Assembly (NCBI GenBank): GCA_947470105.1
Contig: CANISR010000002.1
Coordinates: 1,583-65,582, forward strand
Direction: 5' to 3'
DNA: 64,000 nucleotides
DNA from: Fidelibacterota bacterium
GTDB taxonomy: Bacteria > Pseudomonadota > Alphaproteobacteria > Rhodospirillales > Rhodospirillaceae
Shown here: in pieces, positions 20,230-27,670 of the stretch
Position numbering within the stretch: the stretch's first letter is position 1
How the letters are laid out: every line of letters starts with the position of its first letter
Notes under the pieces: model-generated
What the model saw: the letters and a program-made list of their open reading frames with translations, nothing else
Told to the model about the DNA's origin: nothing
Database searches by the model: none
Made by a program: the position numbers and the translations under genes

Positions 20230-20991
20230 ATGAACGGACCCGCGGTCGCCGCGATCTACAGCTTCGAAATGGCGCGGACCTTCCGCACCATCGTCCAGAG
20301 CATCGTCTCGCCGGTGCTGACCACGTCGCTCTATTTCGTGGTGTTCGGCTCGGCCATCGGCGCGCGTATGACCGAAATCGACGGCGTGCCTTACGGCGCC
20401 TTCATCGTGCCGGGCCTGATCATGCTGTCGGTGCTGACGGAGAGCATCTCCAACAGTTCGTTGGGGATCTACTTCCCGAAATTCACCGGCACGATCTACG
20501 AAATCCTCTCGGCGCCCATCTCGGCGGTGGAGATCGTCATGGGCTTCGTCGGCGCCGCCGCCACCAAGTCGCTCATGATCGGCGTCATCATCCTCGCCAC
20601 CGCCGCTCTGTTCGTGCCGCTGCATATCGAGCATCCGGTGTGGATGGTGGTGTTCCTGCTGCTCATGAGTATCGGGTTCAGCCTGTTTGGATTTATCCTG
20701 GGTGTATGGGCGGACGGGTTCGAAAAACTCTCCTTCGTCCCGGTGCTGATCATCACGCCGCTCACCTTCCTCGGCGGCAGCTTCTACTCCATCGATATGC
20801 TGCCGCCCTTCTGGCACACGGTGACCTTGTTCAATCCCGTGGTCTATATCATCAGCCTGTTTCGCTGGAGCTTCTTCGGCACCTCCGACGTCAGCGTCGG
20901 CGTCAGCCTAGCCATGACGCTCAGCTTCATCGCCGCCTGCCTGGCCTTCATCACCTGGATCTTCAAGACCGGCTATAAGCTGAAGTCTTAG
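20230..20991 (+). CDS. ABC-2 type transporter permease (YadH-like)
   Basis: 253 aa with six hydrophobic segments. Lies 11 nt after the ATPase gene. ABC-2 membrane-protein layout. Confidence 0.85.
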   Translation: MNGPAVAAIYSFEMARTFRTIVQSIVSPVLTTSLYFVVFGSAIGARMTEIDGVPYGAFIVPGLIMLSVLTESISNSSLGIYFPKFTGTIYEILSAPISAVEIVMGFVGAAATKSLMIGVIILATAALFVPLHIEHPVWMVVFLLLMSIGFSLFGFILGVWADGFEKLSFVPVLIITPLTFLGGSFYSIDMLPPFWHTVTLFNPVVYIISLFRWSFFGTSDVSVGVSLAMTLSFIAACLAFITWIFKTGYKLKS

Positions 20992-21077
20992 CCGGGCCGC
21001 ATAGCTCCCACCGCCACGGGGGATTCCGTTCCGCCCTTAAAGCAGGCACACTCCTCAGCGTTGGGGGAGGAACTGCT

Positions 21078-22298
21078 ATGGACGCGAAGGCACGCGGCAC
21101 CCACTGGGAGTGGATCGTTCTGGCCGCGGCCGGAAGCCTGCTCATCACCATGGGCGCCCGCCAGTCCCTCGGCCTGTTCGTGGCCCCCCTGGATCTCGCC
21201 ACCGGCCTCGGCATTGCTAAAATCAGCCTGGCCCTCGCTGTCGGCCAGTTCATGTGGGGGGCAGCCCAGCCCATCGCCGGCGCGGTCGCAGACCGCTACG
21301 GCCCCGGCCGGATGATCGCCATCGGCCTGGTGCTGCTGGTCATCGGCAATATCCTGACACCCTTTGTCCGCAGCCTCGGCGGACTCTCGTTCACTATCGG
21401 CGTGCTCGCGGCGGGCGGCGCAGGCTGCGCCAGTTACTCCGTGCTCATGGGCGCGGTGAGCCGGCGTCTGCCGCCGGAAAAGCGAGGGCCCGCGTCCGGC
21501 ATCGTCGGCGCCGGCGGGTCCCTCGGGCAGTTCATCTTCGCCCCCGTCATGGGCACGCTGATTTCGCAGTGGGGCTGGGAAGCCGCCATGTGGGCCAGCG
21601 CCGCCATCGTCGCTCTGGCGATGCCGTTCGCCTATCTCCTACGGGCGCCGCCGGCCAGCACGCCCGGCCTGCCGTTGCCGCTGTTCATGGCCAACATGGG
21701 TGCGGCGACAAAATCCGCTTTCGGCGACCGCAGTTATCTGTTGCTCCACGCCTCGTTCTTCACCTGCGGGTTCCACATCGCTTTTCTGGTGACGCATCTG
21801 CCCGGCGAGATTGGCCTGTGCGGTTTGCCCGCGTCCGTGGCGAGCTGGTCGCTCGCCATCATCGGCCTCGCCAACGTGGTGGGCAGTCTACTGTCCGGCT
21901 GGTGCATCAGCCGTTACCTGAGCAAGAACGTCCTGTTCGTCATGTACGCCTCACGGTCGTTACTGATCCTGGCGTATCTCGCGTCCCCCAAGACCGACAT
22001 GACGTTCTATATTTTCGCGGCAGGCCTAGGCCTTACCTGGCTGGCCACCGTGCCGCCAACGGCGATGATGGTGAACAAGCTGTTCGGCATGCGCTATCTC
22101 TCGACCCTGGTGGGCCTGACGCTACTATCGCATCAGATCGGCGCGTTTTTCGGCGCCTGGATGGGCGGCCTGATCTTCGCCGCCACCGGCAGCTTCACCT
22201 GGATGTGGTACATCGACATTGCGCTGGCGGCGACCGCGGCGCTGCTCAACATCCCGATCCGCGAACCGAAAATGCCGCCGGTGGAAGTGGCGGCATAG
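21078..22298 (+). CDS. MFS transporter
   Basis: 406 aa, 12 hydrophobic segments. GAVADRYGPGR loop 2-3 motif (MFS D-R-x-G-R-R type). Confidence 0.85.
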   Translation: MDAKARGTHWEWIVLAAAGSLLITMGARQSLGLFVAPLDLATGLGIAKISLALAVGQFMWGAAQPIAGAVADRYGPGRMIAIGLVLLVIGNILTPFVRSLGGLSFTIGVLAAGGAGCASYSVLMGAVSRRLPPEKRGPASGIVGAGGSLGQFIFAPVMGTLISQWGWEAAMWASAAIVALAMPFAYLLRAPPASTPGLPLPLFMANMGAATKSAFGDRSYLLLHASFFTCGFHIAFLVTHLPGEIGLCGLPASVASWSLAIIGLANVVGSLLSGWCISRYLSKNVLFVMYASRSLLILAYLASPKTDMTFYIFAAGLGLTWLATVPPTAMMVNKLFGMRYLSTLVGLTLLSHQIGAFFGAWMGGLIFAATGSFTWMWYIDIALAATAALLNIPIREPKMPPVEVAA

Positions 22299-22315
22299 CG
22301 TAGGGTCGCGCCGGC

Positions 22316-23620
22316 CTACCCGGGCTTGTTCGCGAGCTCAAGCGCGCCAGAGGCCAGCGCCCGCGCATAGCGCGCGAGCATCCGCACATCGACCGCTTCG
22401 GGCCAGCGGTCGTTGATATTGTGATAGGCGTCGCTATCGCCGGCGATGGTGACAAAATTCCCGCCAGCCCGCTGCACCCGCCCCGACTCGCCGCGCGCGG
22501 GTGACGTATGGGCGGATGTGGCGTTCACGGCCAGCCCTTCCCTTTTCAACGCGGCAAGGGCCCATTGCTCCAGGGCGTCATTGGAGGCATGGAGAACGTG
22601 GGCTTGGTGCGGCGAGCCGATGTCCGAGCCAAGGAAGATCCACGCAAGCGCCCCCTTCGCCAGATCCGGCCGGGTCTTGAGATAAGCGTCAATGCCGATG
22701 GCCCCAAGCTCATGGCCGCTGAAAGCGGCAAACAGGCAGTCCCGCGCCGGCTTACTGGCCGCGACCACGCGCATCATCTCCAGCCAGCAGGCCATGCGGC
22801 TGCCCTGCTCGGTGACCGACTGAAACCAGGCGCTGCGTGGGCCCATGACGACGAGCGGCGGCAACGACGGGTCGCGGCCCGCGATCTTCGCCGTGACATT
22901 GGCGGCCTGCGCGGGCGTCCGGGTCACATGAGCGACGAGCTTTGTGGTCGCTCCGGCCGCCGCCATCTGCTTCAGAAACTCGCTTTCGGCGCTCGAGATT
23001 TGCAGCAACGGCGGGCCGGAAGGTTTTGTGAAACTGTTGGCGTTGAGCAGGAACAGGCCCGGCCGGATGCCCCGCGTCAGCACGACAACGGCTTTGTGGG
23101 CGCTTCGGCGCGCTTCGGCCACCTGCTTGCTCAGCTCCAGCCCCGGCGTGCTGAGGGCGTAAGGCTCAGACTCCGCCAACCCGATCTCCGCGTCGCTGCC
23201 GAGGGGACCAAGTTTGCCGGTGACGCCGTCCGGTCCGGTAAAGGCCGCGTCAAAAAGTGGAAGGCCCTCGATGCGCCGATCGTTGACGGTGACGTAAGCC
23301 GTCTGCGGATCAACCCTGTCGAGTGCGAAGCGTTCAAGCGACGCCTCGACATTGAAGGTGCGCGCTTCCCGAACCAGCCATGTCGCCGATGCTTCATCGC
23401 CCGCGGTCGCCGTACGGTGGTTGCCTTGCCCATCGAAAGCCTCCATCCAGGCGGCGATTCGCTGCTCGGCGGCCTCGGCTGGTGCGACATTCTGTGCAAA
23501 CAGGACTTTGCTCCCGCCCACGGACCCGGCGAGCGCAACCGTGGCGAGACCGCCAAGCTCAATAAAATGCCGACGTTTCATTTCGTGCCCCATGATTTCC
23601 GAATCCAACCTATCGGACAT
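22316..23620 (-). CDS. Tat-signal periplasmic protein, M28 aminopeptidase-like (tentative)
   Basis: KRRHFIELGGLATVALAG twin-arginine leader, 14 codons into the longest ORF (likely true start 23581 or 23593). FSGHELGAIG resembles the M28 F-x-x-EE-x-GL-x-G motif but has HE in place of EE. Confidence 0.45.
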   Translation of the reverse strand: MSDRLDSEIMGHEMKRRHFIELGGLATVALAGSVGGSKVLFAQNVAPAEAAEQRIAAWMEAFDGQGNHRTATAGDEASATWLVREARTFNVEASLERFALDRVDPQTAYVTVNDRRIEGLPLFDAAFTGPDGVTGKLGPLGSDAEIGLAESEPYALSTPGLELSKQVAEARRSAHKAVVVLTRGIRPGLFLLNANSFTKPSGPPLLQISSAESEFLKQMAAAGATTKLVAHVTRTPAQAANVTAKIAGRDPSLPPLVVMGPRSAWFQSVTEQGSRMACWLEMMRVVAASKPARDCLFAAFSGHELGAIGIDAYLKTRPDLAKGALAWIFLGSDIGSPHQAHVLHASNDALEQWALAALKREGLAVNATSAHTSPARGESGRVQRAGGNFVTIAGDSDAYHNINDRWPEAVDVRMLARYARALASGALELANKPG

Positions 23621-23701
23621 CCCATCGGGGCAGCAATGATTTCGCTGGGTGCTTAAGCCGGCGCTGGAACTCGCGTGAGCGCGGCCGCGGTGTAGGCAAG
23701 C

Positions 23702-24691
23702 TCACGCCGCGACGGGCGCGCTCTTTGTCGGCAGAAAGGCGTCCGAGAAAATATGCTTGGAAGCCACGCCGCCGAGGAACGCTTTGCGCTTGAGCGCGGT
23801 GACGAACTCGGGTGCGCCGCATAGAAACAGGTGGGTTCGGCTCTTGTCGCCGGGCAGGATCGACATGGTGATCTCCTCGATATTGCCGGCGCGATAGAAC
23901 CGCTCCGCCTCACCCTTCAGAACGCAGGGGATGTAGTGGAAGTTGGGATGCCGCAGGGCCAGGTCCTGCAGCTCCGCGACGAGATACAAGTCGGCCTCCC
24001 GTAAAGCGCCGTGCAGCAGGCGGATTTCCCCTGTATGGCCGTGCGCGAGCGCCTGTCTGGCGACACCGTAGAGCGGCGCCAATCCAGTGCCGGTGCCCGC
24101 CAACACGATCGGATAGGCGCCGTCGCCACGGACGTAGAAGCAGCTCCCTGCCGGGCCGCGGATCGTCACCGGCTCGCCGATGCCGGCCTTTTCAATAAAG
24201 CCGCTCATGAGGCCGTCTTTCAACAAACGGATATGAAGCTCGATATGGCCATCCCGCGCAGGGTCGTTGGCTACCGAGTAGCTGCGCGCCACGCCGTCAC
24301 GGTTGATGAGCGTCAGGTATTGCCCCGGCTCGCATGAAAAATCGCCGTCGGGCTTCAGGTAAAGGCGCAGGACATTGTGGTTGAGCCGGTCTTTGCCTGC
24401 GATCACGGCGGGCAGGTCGCCGCCGGCGGCCCCCGGAAAGGCCACGCTGATGTCCTGGTCGGATTTGCACTGGCAGGCCAGAACGAACTTCTGCTGCTGG
24501 AGTGTGGGCTTCAGGCCTATCTGAGCGGCCTCGGGCGCCGGTCCCGCCGTGACTTGCATCAGGCAGGACTGGCAGACCCCGGATCTGCAGGAGTGCGGTA
24601 CGCTGACGCCATTGCGCGACAGGCAATCGAGCAGTGATTCGCCGTCCTGGGACAGGAAGGACGTGTCGCCGATGGAGATGCGTACCGCCAT
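23702..24691 (-). CDS. 2Fe-2S ferredoxin / FNR-type FAD-NAD(P)H oxidoreductase fusion
   Basis: 329 aa. N-terminal plant-type ferredoxin cysteines CRSGVCQSC...C, RSYS FAD motif (R-x-Y-S), LAGTGTGLAP NAD(P)H motif. Lies 23 bp downstream of glbN on the same strand. Confidence 0.85.
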   Translation of the reverse strand: MAVRISIGDTSFLSQDGESLLDCLSRNGVSVPHSCRSGVCQSCLMQVTAGPAPEAAQIGLKPTLQQQKFVLACQCKSDQDISVAFPGAAGGDLPAVIAGKDRLNHNVLRLYLKPDGDFSCEPGQYLTLINRDGVARSYSVANDPARDGHIELHIRLLKDGLMSGFIEKAGIGEPVTIRGPAGSCFYVRGDGAYPIVLAGTGTGLAPLYGVARQALAHGHTGEIRLLHGALREADLYLVAELQDLALRHPNFHYIPCVLKGEAERFYRAGNIEEITMSILPGDKSRTHLFLCGAPEFVTALKRKAFLGGVASKHIFSDAFLPTKSAPVAA

Positions 24692-24714
24692 GTGAAGTGT
24701 TCCTGCGGCCTGCT

Positions 24715-25080
24715 CTAGCGGTTCAGCACGTCCTTGCGGACGCTTTCCGCAATGGCCGCCACTTCGGCGATGTCGGCGGCGGCAACGCCCAGTTCGGACA
24801 GCGTGCTCCCGAGAATCTCGATAATCGCATCGACATGGGCGTCGTTCAGGCCGCGGGCCACCAGGTGTTTATGCCCATCGCGCATGCTCTTGCCGGTGTA
24901 GGAATTGGGGCCGCCGAAGGCCATGGTCAGGAAGCCCTTCTGCTTGGCGATCTGCCGGTCCATGTCGACGTCGTCGAAGAAGCCATTGACGCGATCGTCG
25001 GCGAGCACCTTGCGATAGAAGATGTCGACTGCCGCATTGACGGCATTCGCGCCGCCCAGTCTTTCGTAAAGTGACGCCAT
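24715..25080 (-). CDS. glbN: group I truncated haemoglobin (trHbN)
   Basis: 121 aa. LYERLGG and AFGGPNSYTG glycine motifs, B10 Tyr in DIFYRKV, proximal His in MRDGHKHL. Length and pattern match 2-on-2 globins. Confidence 0.9.
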   Translation of the reverse strand: MASLYERLGGANAVNAAVDIFYRKVLADDRVNGFFDDVDMDRQIAKQKGFLTMAFGGPNSYTGKSMRDGHKHLVARGLNDAHVDAIIEILGSTLSELGVAAADIAEVAAIAESVRKDVLNR

Positions 25081-25116
25081 GGTGGTTTTCTCCCGTTGGT
25101 GGTGACTGAAGGATGG

Positions 25117-25518
25117 TTAGGTAGACGCGATGGAGGCCAGGGTTTTGCCCGCCAAAGATTTGAAAAAGGCTGCAGTGGCGTCACGCAGCACGTGCTTGAG
25201 CTGACAACTTGACGTGACGCGGCAGGTGTTGCGGACTTTGTCGAAGCACTCGACCACATGAAAATCGGGCTCCGTGCGCTTGATCAGCGCCGCGATCTCA
25301 ATGGCTTCGGCGGGCTTGGCGAGGCGTAGGCCGCCGCCCTTGCCGCGCGTGGAATGCACGTAGCCGAGCTTGACCAGATTGTGCGCGACCTTGACCAGAT
25401 GGGGCTTCGAGACCCCGTACCACTGGGCGATATCGCCGATGGTGCAGGTCTCATCCGGATGCTGCGCGAGATAGAGCAGCAGGCGCAGGGAATAGTCGGA
25501 GAATTGAGTCAATCGCAT
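25117..25518 (-). CDS. nsrR: Rrf2 family transcriptional regulator, NsrR-like NO sensor
   Basis: MRLTQFSDYSLRLLLYLA wHTH start. Three clustered C-terminal cysteines (VECF...NTCRVTSSCQL) in the Fe-S ligand positions of NsrR/IscR-type Rrf2 proteins. ATG at 25518 chosen; the ORF-track TTG at 25539 lies inside the operator dyad. Confidence 0.85.
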   Translation of the reverse strand: MRLTQFSDYSLRLLLYLAQHPDETCTIGDIAQWYGVSKPHLVKVAHNLVKLGYVHSTRGKGGGLRLAKPAEAIEIAALIKRTEPDFHVVECFDKVRNTCRVTSSCQLKHVLRDATAAFFKSLAGKTLASIAST

Positions 25519-25539
25519 CGCGGTCTCTCGATCCGGCAA

Positions 25540-25562
25540 AACATATATTCTGGATATATGTT
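25540..25562 (-). promoter_or_regulatory. perfect 9-5-9 AT-rich inverted repeat, candidate NsrR (Rrf2) operator overlapping the -10 region
   Basis: AACATATAT-tctgg-ATATATGTT read directly, 22 bp upstream of the nsrR ATG. It is the only AT-rich stretch in the spacer. Confidence 0.5.
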
Positions 25563-25578
25563 ATGGCCGGCCGCGTGA

Positions 25579-25592
25579 TTGATCCGGATCAA
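25579..25592 (-). promoter_or_regulatory. perfect CRP/FNR-family box (TTGAT-N4-ATCAA)
   Basis: TTGATCCGGATCAA read directly. Centre is about 67 nt upstream of the nsrR ATG and 34.5 bp from the centre of the AT-rich dyad. Confidence 0.6.
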
Positions 25593-25687
25593 CGACAGGC
25601 ACAACGCTGCGATAACGCGCGTTAGCCCTCGCCCAAGCCCTCAAGCAGACTCAAGCCGAGCGGTCTGGAATTCGACGATAGGCGTGA

Positions 25688-26179
25688 TTACTGCGGGGGT
25701 TTGCCCGGCGCGGGCTGATGCGAAGCGGGGGCGCCGTCGGCGCCGATTTCCCCGGTATTTGTCCCGGGCGGCGGGGCAGGATCTGCTCCCGGCTGACATG
25801 CCGGCGAGGTCGCCGCCCTTTCGCTTTTGAGGAAAGCGATCACGTCGTTGCGGTCGTTTTCGTCGAACATGCCGGCGAAACCCATCTTGGTGCCGGGCAT
25901 GTTCATGATCGGAAACGTCAGGAACTCATGCAGGTGCTTTTCGTCCCATGCAAAGCCGGCGGCGCGCAGGGTATCTGAATAGGCAAAGCCCTCTACCGAT
26001 GCGGCTTTGCGCCCGACCACGCCGCAATGAGGCGGCCCCATCAGCGTCCGCTGCGGCGCGTGGCAGCCGGCGCACTCCTTATAAAGAACCGCGCCATGGG
26101 TTGAATCCGCTGCCGAGGCAGGCAGGCCAAGCCCCAGGGCTGCGACGAAAACGAGCGAGGCAGTGGTCGATTTGCGCAT
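25688..26179 (-). CDS. class I c-type cytochrome (c2/c550-like) with Pro-rich C-terminal tail
   Basis: Signal peptide MRKSTTASLVFVAALGLGLPASA, CAGCH haem-binding motif, distal MPGTKM Met region. Low-complexity P/A/G tail. Confidence 0.85.
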   Translation of the reverse strand: MRKSTTASLVFVAALGLGLPASAADSTHGAVLYKECAGCHAPQRTLMGPPHCGVVGRKAASVEGFAYSDTLRAAGFAWDEKHLHEFLTFPIMNMPGTKMGFAGMFDENDRNDVIAFLKSERAATSPACQPGADPAPPPGTNTGEIGADGAPASHQPAPGKPPQ

Positions 26180-26331
26180 TGCATCTCTCTCCCGGAGGCA
26201 TTTGTCCGCAAGCTGCCGCTCAAAGACAGGCAGGGATAGCCCGGAAAATTACCTAAGTAGTTCCCGCAGCTGTGCGGCCCCGGGGGGCGGTTCTAGAAAG
26301 ACCGCAGTCTAAGATCGGGAGGACTACTGCC

Positions 26332-27441
26332 ATGCCTATTGCGTACGTCCGGGCTGCGCTTCTGGCGCTGCTGGCTGCCTTTGTCGCTGCCCCCGCCCAT
26401 GCCGAGCTCCGAAAGTTCGAGATGAACATCCAGGAGGTCGAGCTTCAGGTCGCCCCAGGCTTCAAAGCCAAGGTCTGGGCCTTCAACGGCCAAGTGCCCG
26501 GGCCGCTCATGCACGTAAGGGAAGGCGACGACGTCGAGGTCGTGGTGCACAACAAGAGCGATCAGGCTCACTCCGTCCATTGGCACGGCATTTACCAGAC
26601 CCAGAGCTGGGAGTCGGACGGCACGCCCAATATCAGCCAGAAGAACATTCTTCCCGGCGAGAGCTTCACCTACCGGTTCGTCGCCGATAAGGCCGGCAGC
26701 CTTTGGTACCACTGCCACACCAATGTTGCCGAACATCTCGGCTTGCGCGGCATGTTCGGCCCCCTGATTGTCGATCCAAAAAAGCCCGCCAAACTTGAGC
26801 GGGAGGTCACTAAGCAGGCGATCCTCATGTTCTCGGGTTGGAACGATCGGGTTGCTCAGACCCTCGGCCAAGGCATAAAGCCCGGCGAGGCGCTCCAGTA
26901 CTTCTCGATCAACGGCAAGTCCATGCCGATGAATCAGCCGATCCGGGTGAAGAAGGGGGACGTGCTGCGCTTGCGCCTTTATGCGGCCACCATCCCCGTC
27001 GCCTTCCATCTCCACGGTCATGACCTGCTGGTCACACATAAGGACGGCAATGCCCTCGATCATCCGTATCTTGCCGATGTTGTCGGCATGCAGCCGGGCG
27101 AACGCTTCGATGTGATCGTGCGCATGAATAACCCGGGTCTGTGGGCCAGCCATGACCATATCGACCACCACACCACCAACAACGGCATGGAGCACGGCGG
27201 TTCAATGCTGACGGTGGAGTACGACGGGGTGGAGCGCCCCAGCTTCTACATGTGGAAGAACATCGCCTTCCAGCCGGACTTCTACATGAGCGAGTCCCTG
27301 GCGAAGCCCTACGGCCTGCACAATATCGAGGTCCTGCGTGGGGCCGTCGCGGGCCCTGGTTCGCCGTTTAATGCAAGTCCACCGGCGGCGGAACACAATC
27401 ACGACGCGCCGCCCATGACCGCACCGGTGAAACGACCCTAA
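26332..27441 (+). CDS. two-domain multicopper oxidase (type-1 Cu site in the N-terminal cupredoxin domain)
   Basis: Sec signal MPIAYVRAALLALLAAFVAAPAHA. HSVHWHG, WYHCHTNVAEHLGLRGM (H-C-H...M) in domain 1. FHLHGH and SHDHIDHH in domain 2. Size fits two, not three, cupredoxin domains. ATG at 26332 preceded by GGGAGGA. Confidence 0.8.
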   Translation: MPIAYVRAALLALLAAFVAAPAHAELRKFEMNIQEVELQVAPGFKAKVWAFNGQVPGPLMHVREGDDVEVVVHNKSDQAHSVHWHGIYQTQSWESDGTPNISQKNILPGESFTYRFVADKAGSLWYHCHTNVAEHLGLRGMFGPLIVDPKKPAKLEREVTKQAILMFSGWNDRVAQTLGQGIKPGEALQYFSINGKSMPMNQPIRVKKGDVLRLRLYAATIPVAFHLHGHDLLVTHKDGNALDHPYLADVVGMQPGERFDVIVRMNNPGLWASHDHIDHHTTNNGMEHGGSMLTVEYDGVERPSFYMWKNIAFQPDFYMSESLAKPYGLHNIEVLRGAVAGPGSPFNASPPAAEHNHDAPPMTAPVKRP

Positions 27442-27523
27442 CGGCAGCGACAGCACAAACCCGTCGGGCGTGCTCCTTAAGCGCGCGCGCACCGACGTGC
27501 CGTTTTGCTGAGCGCGATCGCGC

Positions 27524-27568
27524 GGCGGCGGAGTGAAGATCGAGTTTGTGGAAATGCCCCTCCATTGA
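27524..27568. repeat. direct repeat copy A of the sequence flanking the 3' end of tRNA-Ala
   Basis: GGCGGCGGAGTGAAG...TTTGTGGA..TGCC.CTCC matches 28282-28325 in roughly four positions out of five by eye. Same orientation. Confidence 0.7.
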
Positions 27569-27615
27569 TGGTGGAGCCGGGCGGGATCTAACCGCTGACC
27601 TCTACAATGCAATGA
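27569..27615 (-). pseudogene. decayed copy of the 3' half of tRNA-Ala (T-arm, acceptor 3' strand and CCA)
   Basis: Reverse complement GAGGTCAGCGGTTAGATCCCGCCCGGCTCCACCA versus GAGGTCAGCGGTTCGATCCCGCTCGGCTCCACCA in the intact gene. The two substitutions hit the conserved T-loop C and a T-stem pair. No 5' half is present. Confidence 0.6.
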
Positions 27616-27617
27616 TG

Positions 27618-27650
27618 CCAGCCGCGCGAAATCGTGAATCGCGCGGCTGG
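27618..27650. terminator. 12-bp perfect GC-rich hairpin, probable terminator between the MCO gene and the proline-rich protein gene
   Basis: CCAGCCGCGCGA-aatcgtgaa-TCGCGCGGCTGG, followed by CATTT on the plus strand. Lies 21 nt beyond the stop of the minus-strand gene. Confidence 0.45.
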
Positions 27651-27670
27651 CATTTAAGTGGGGTAGCGAA

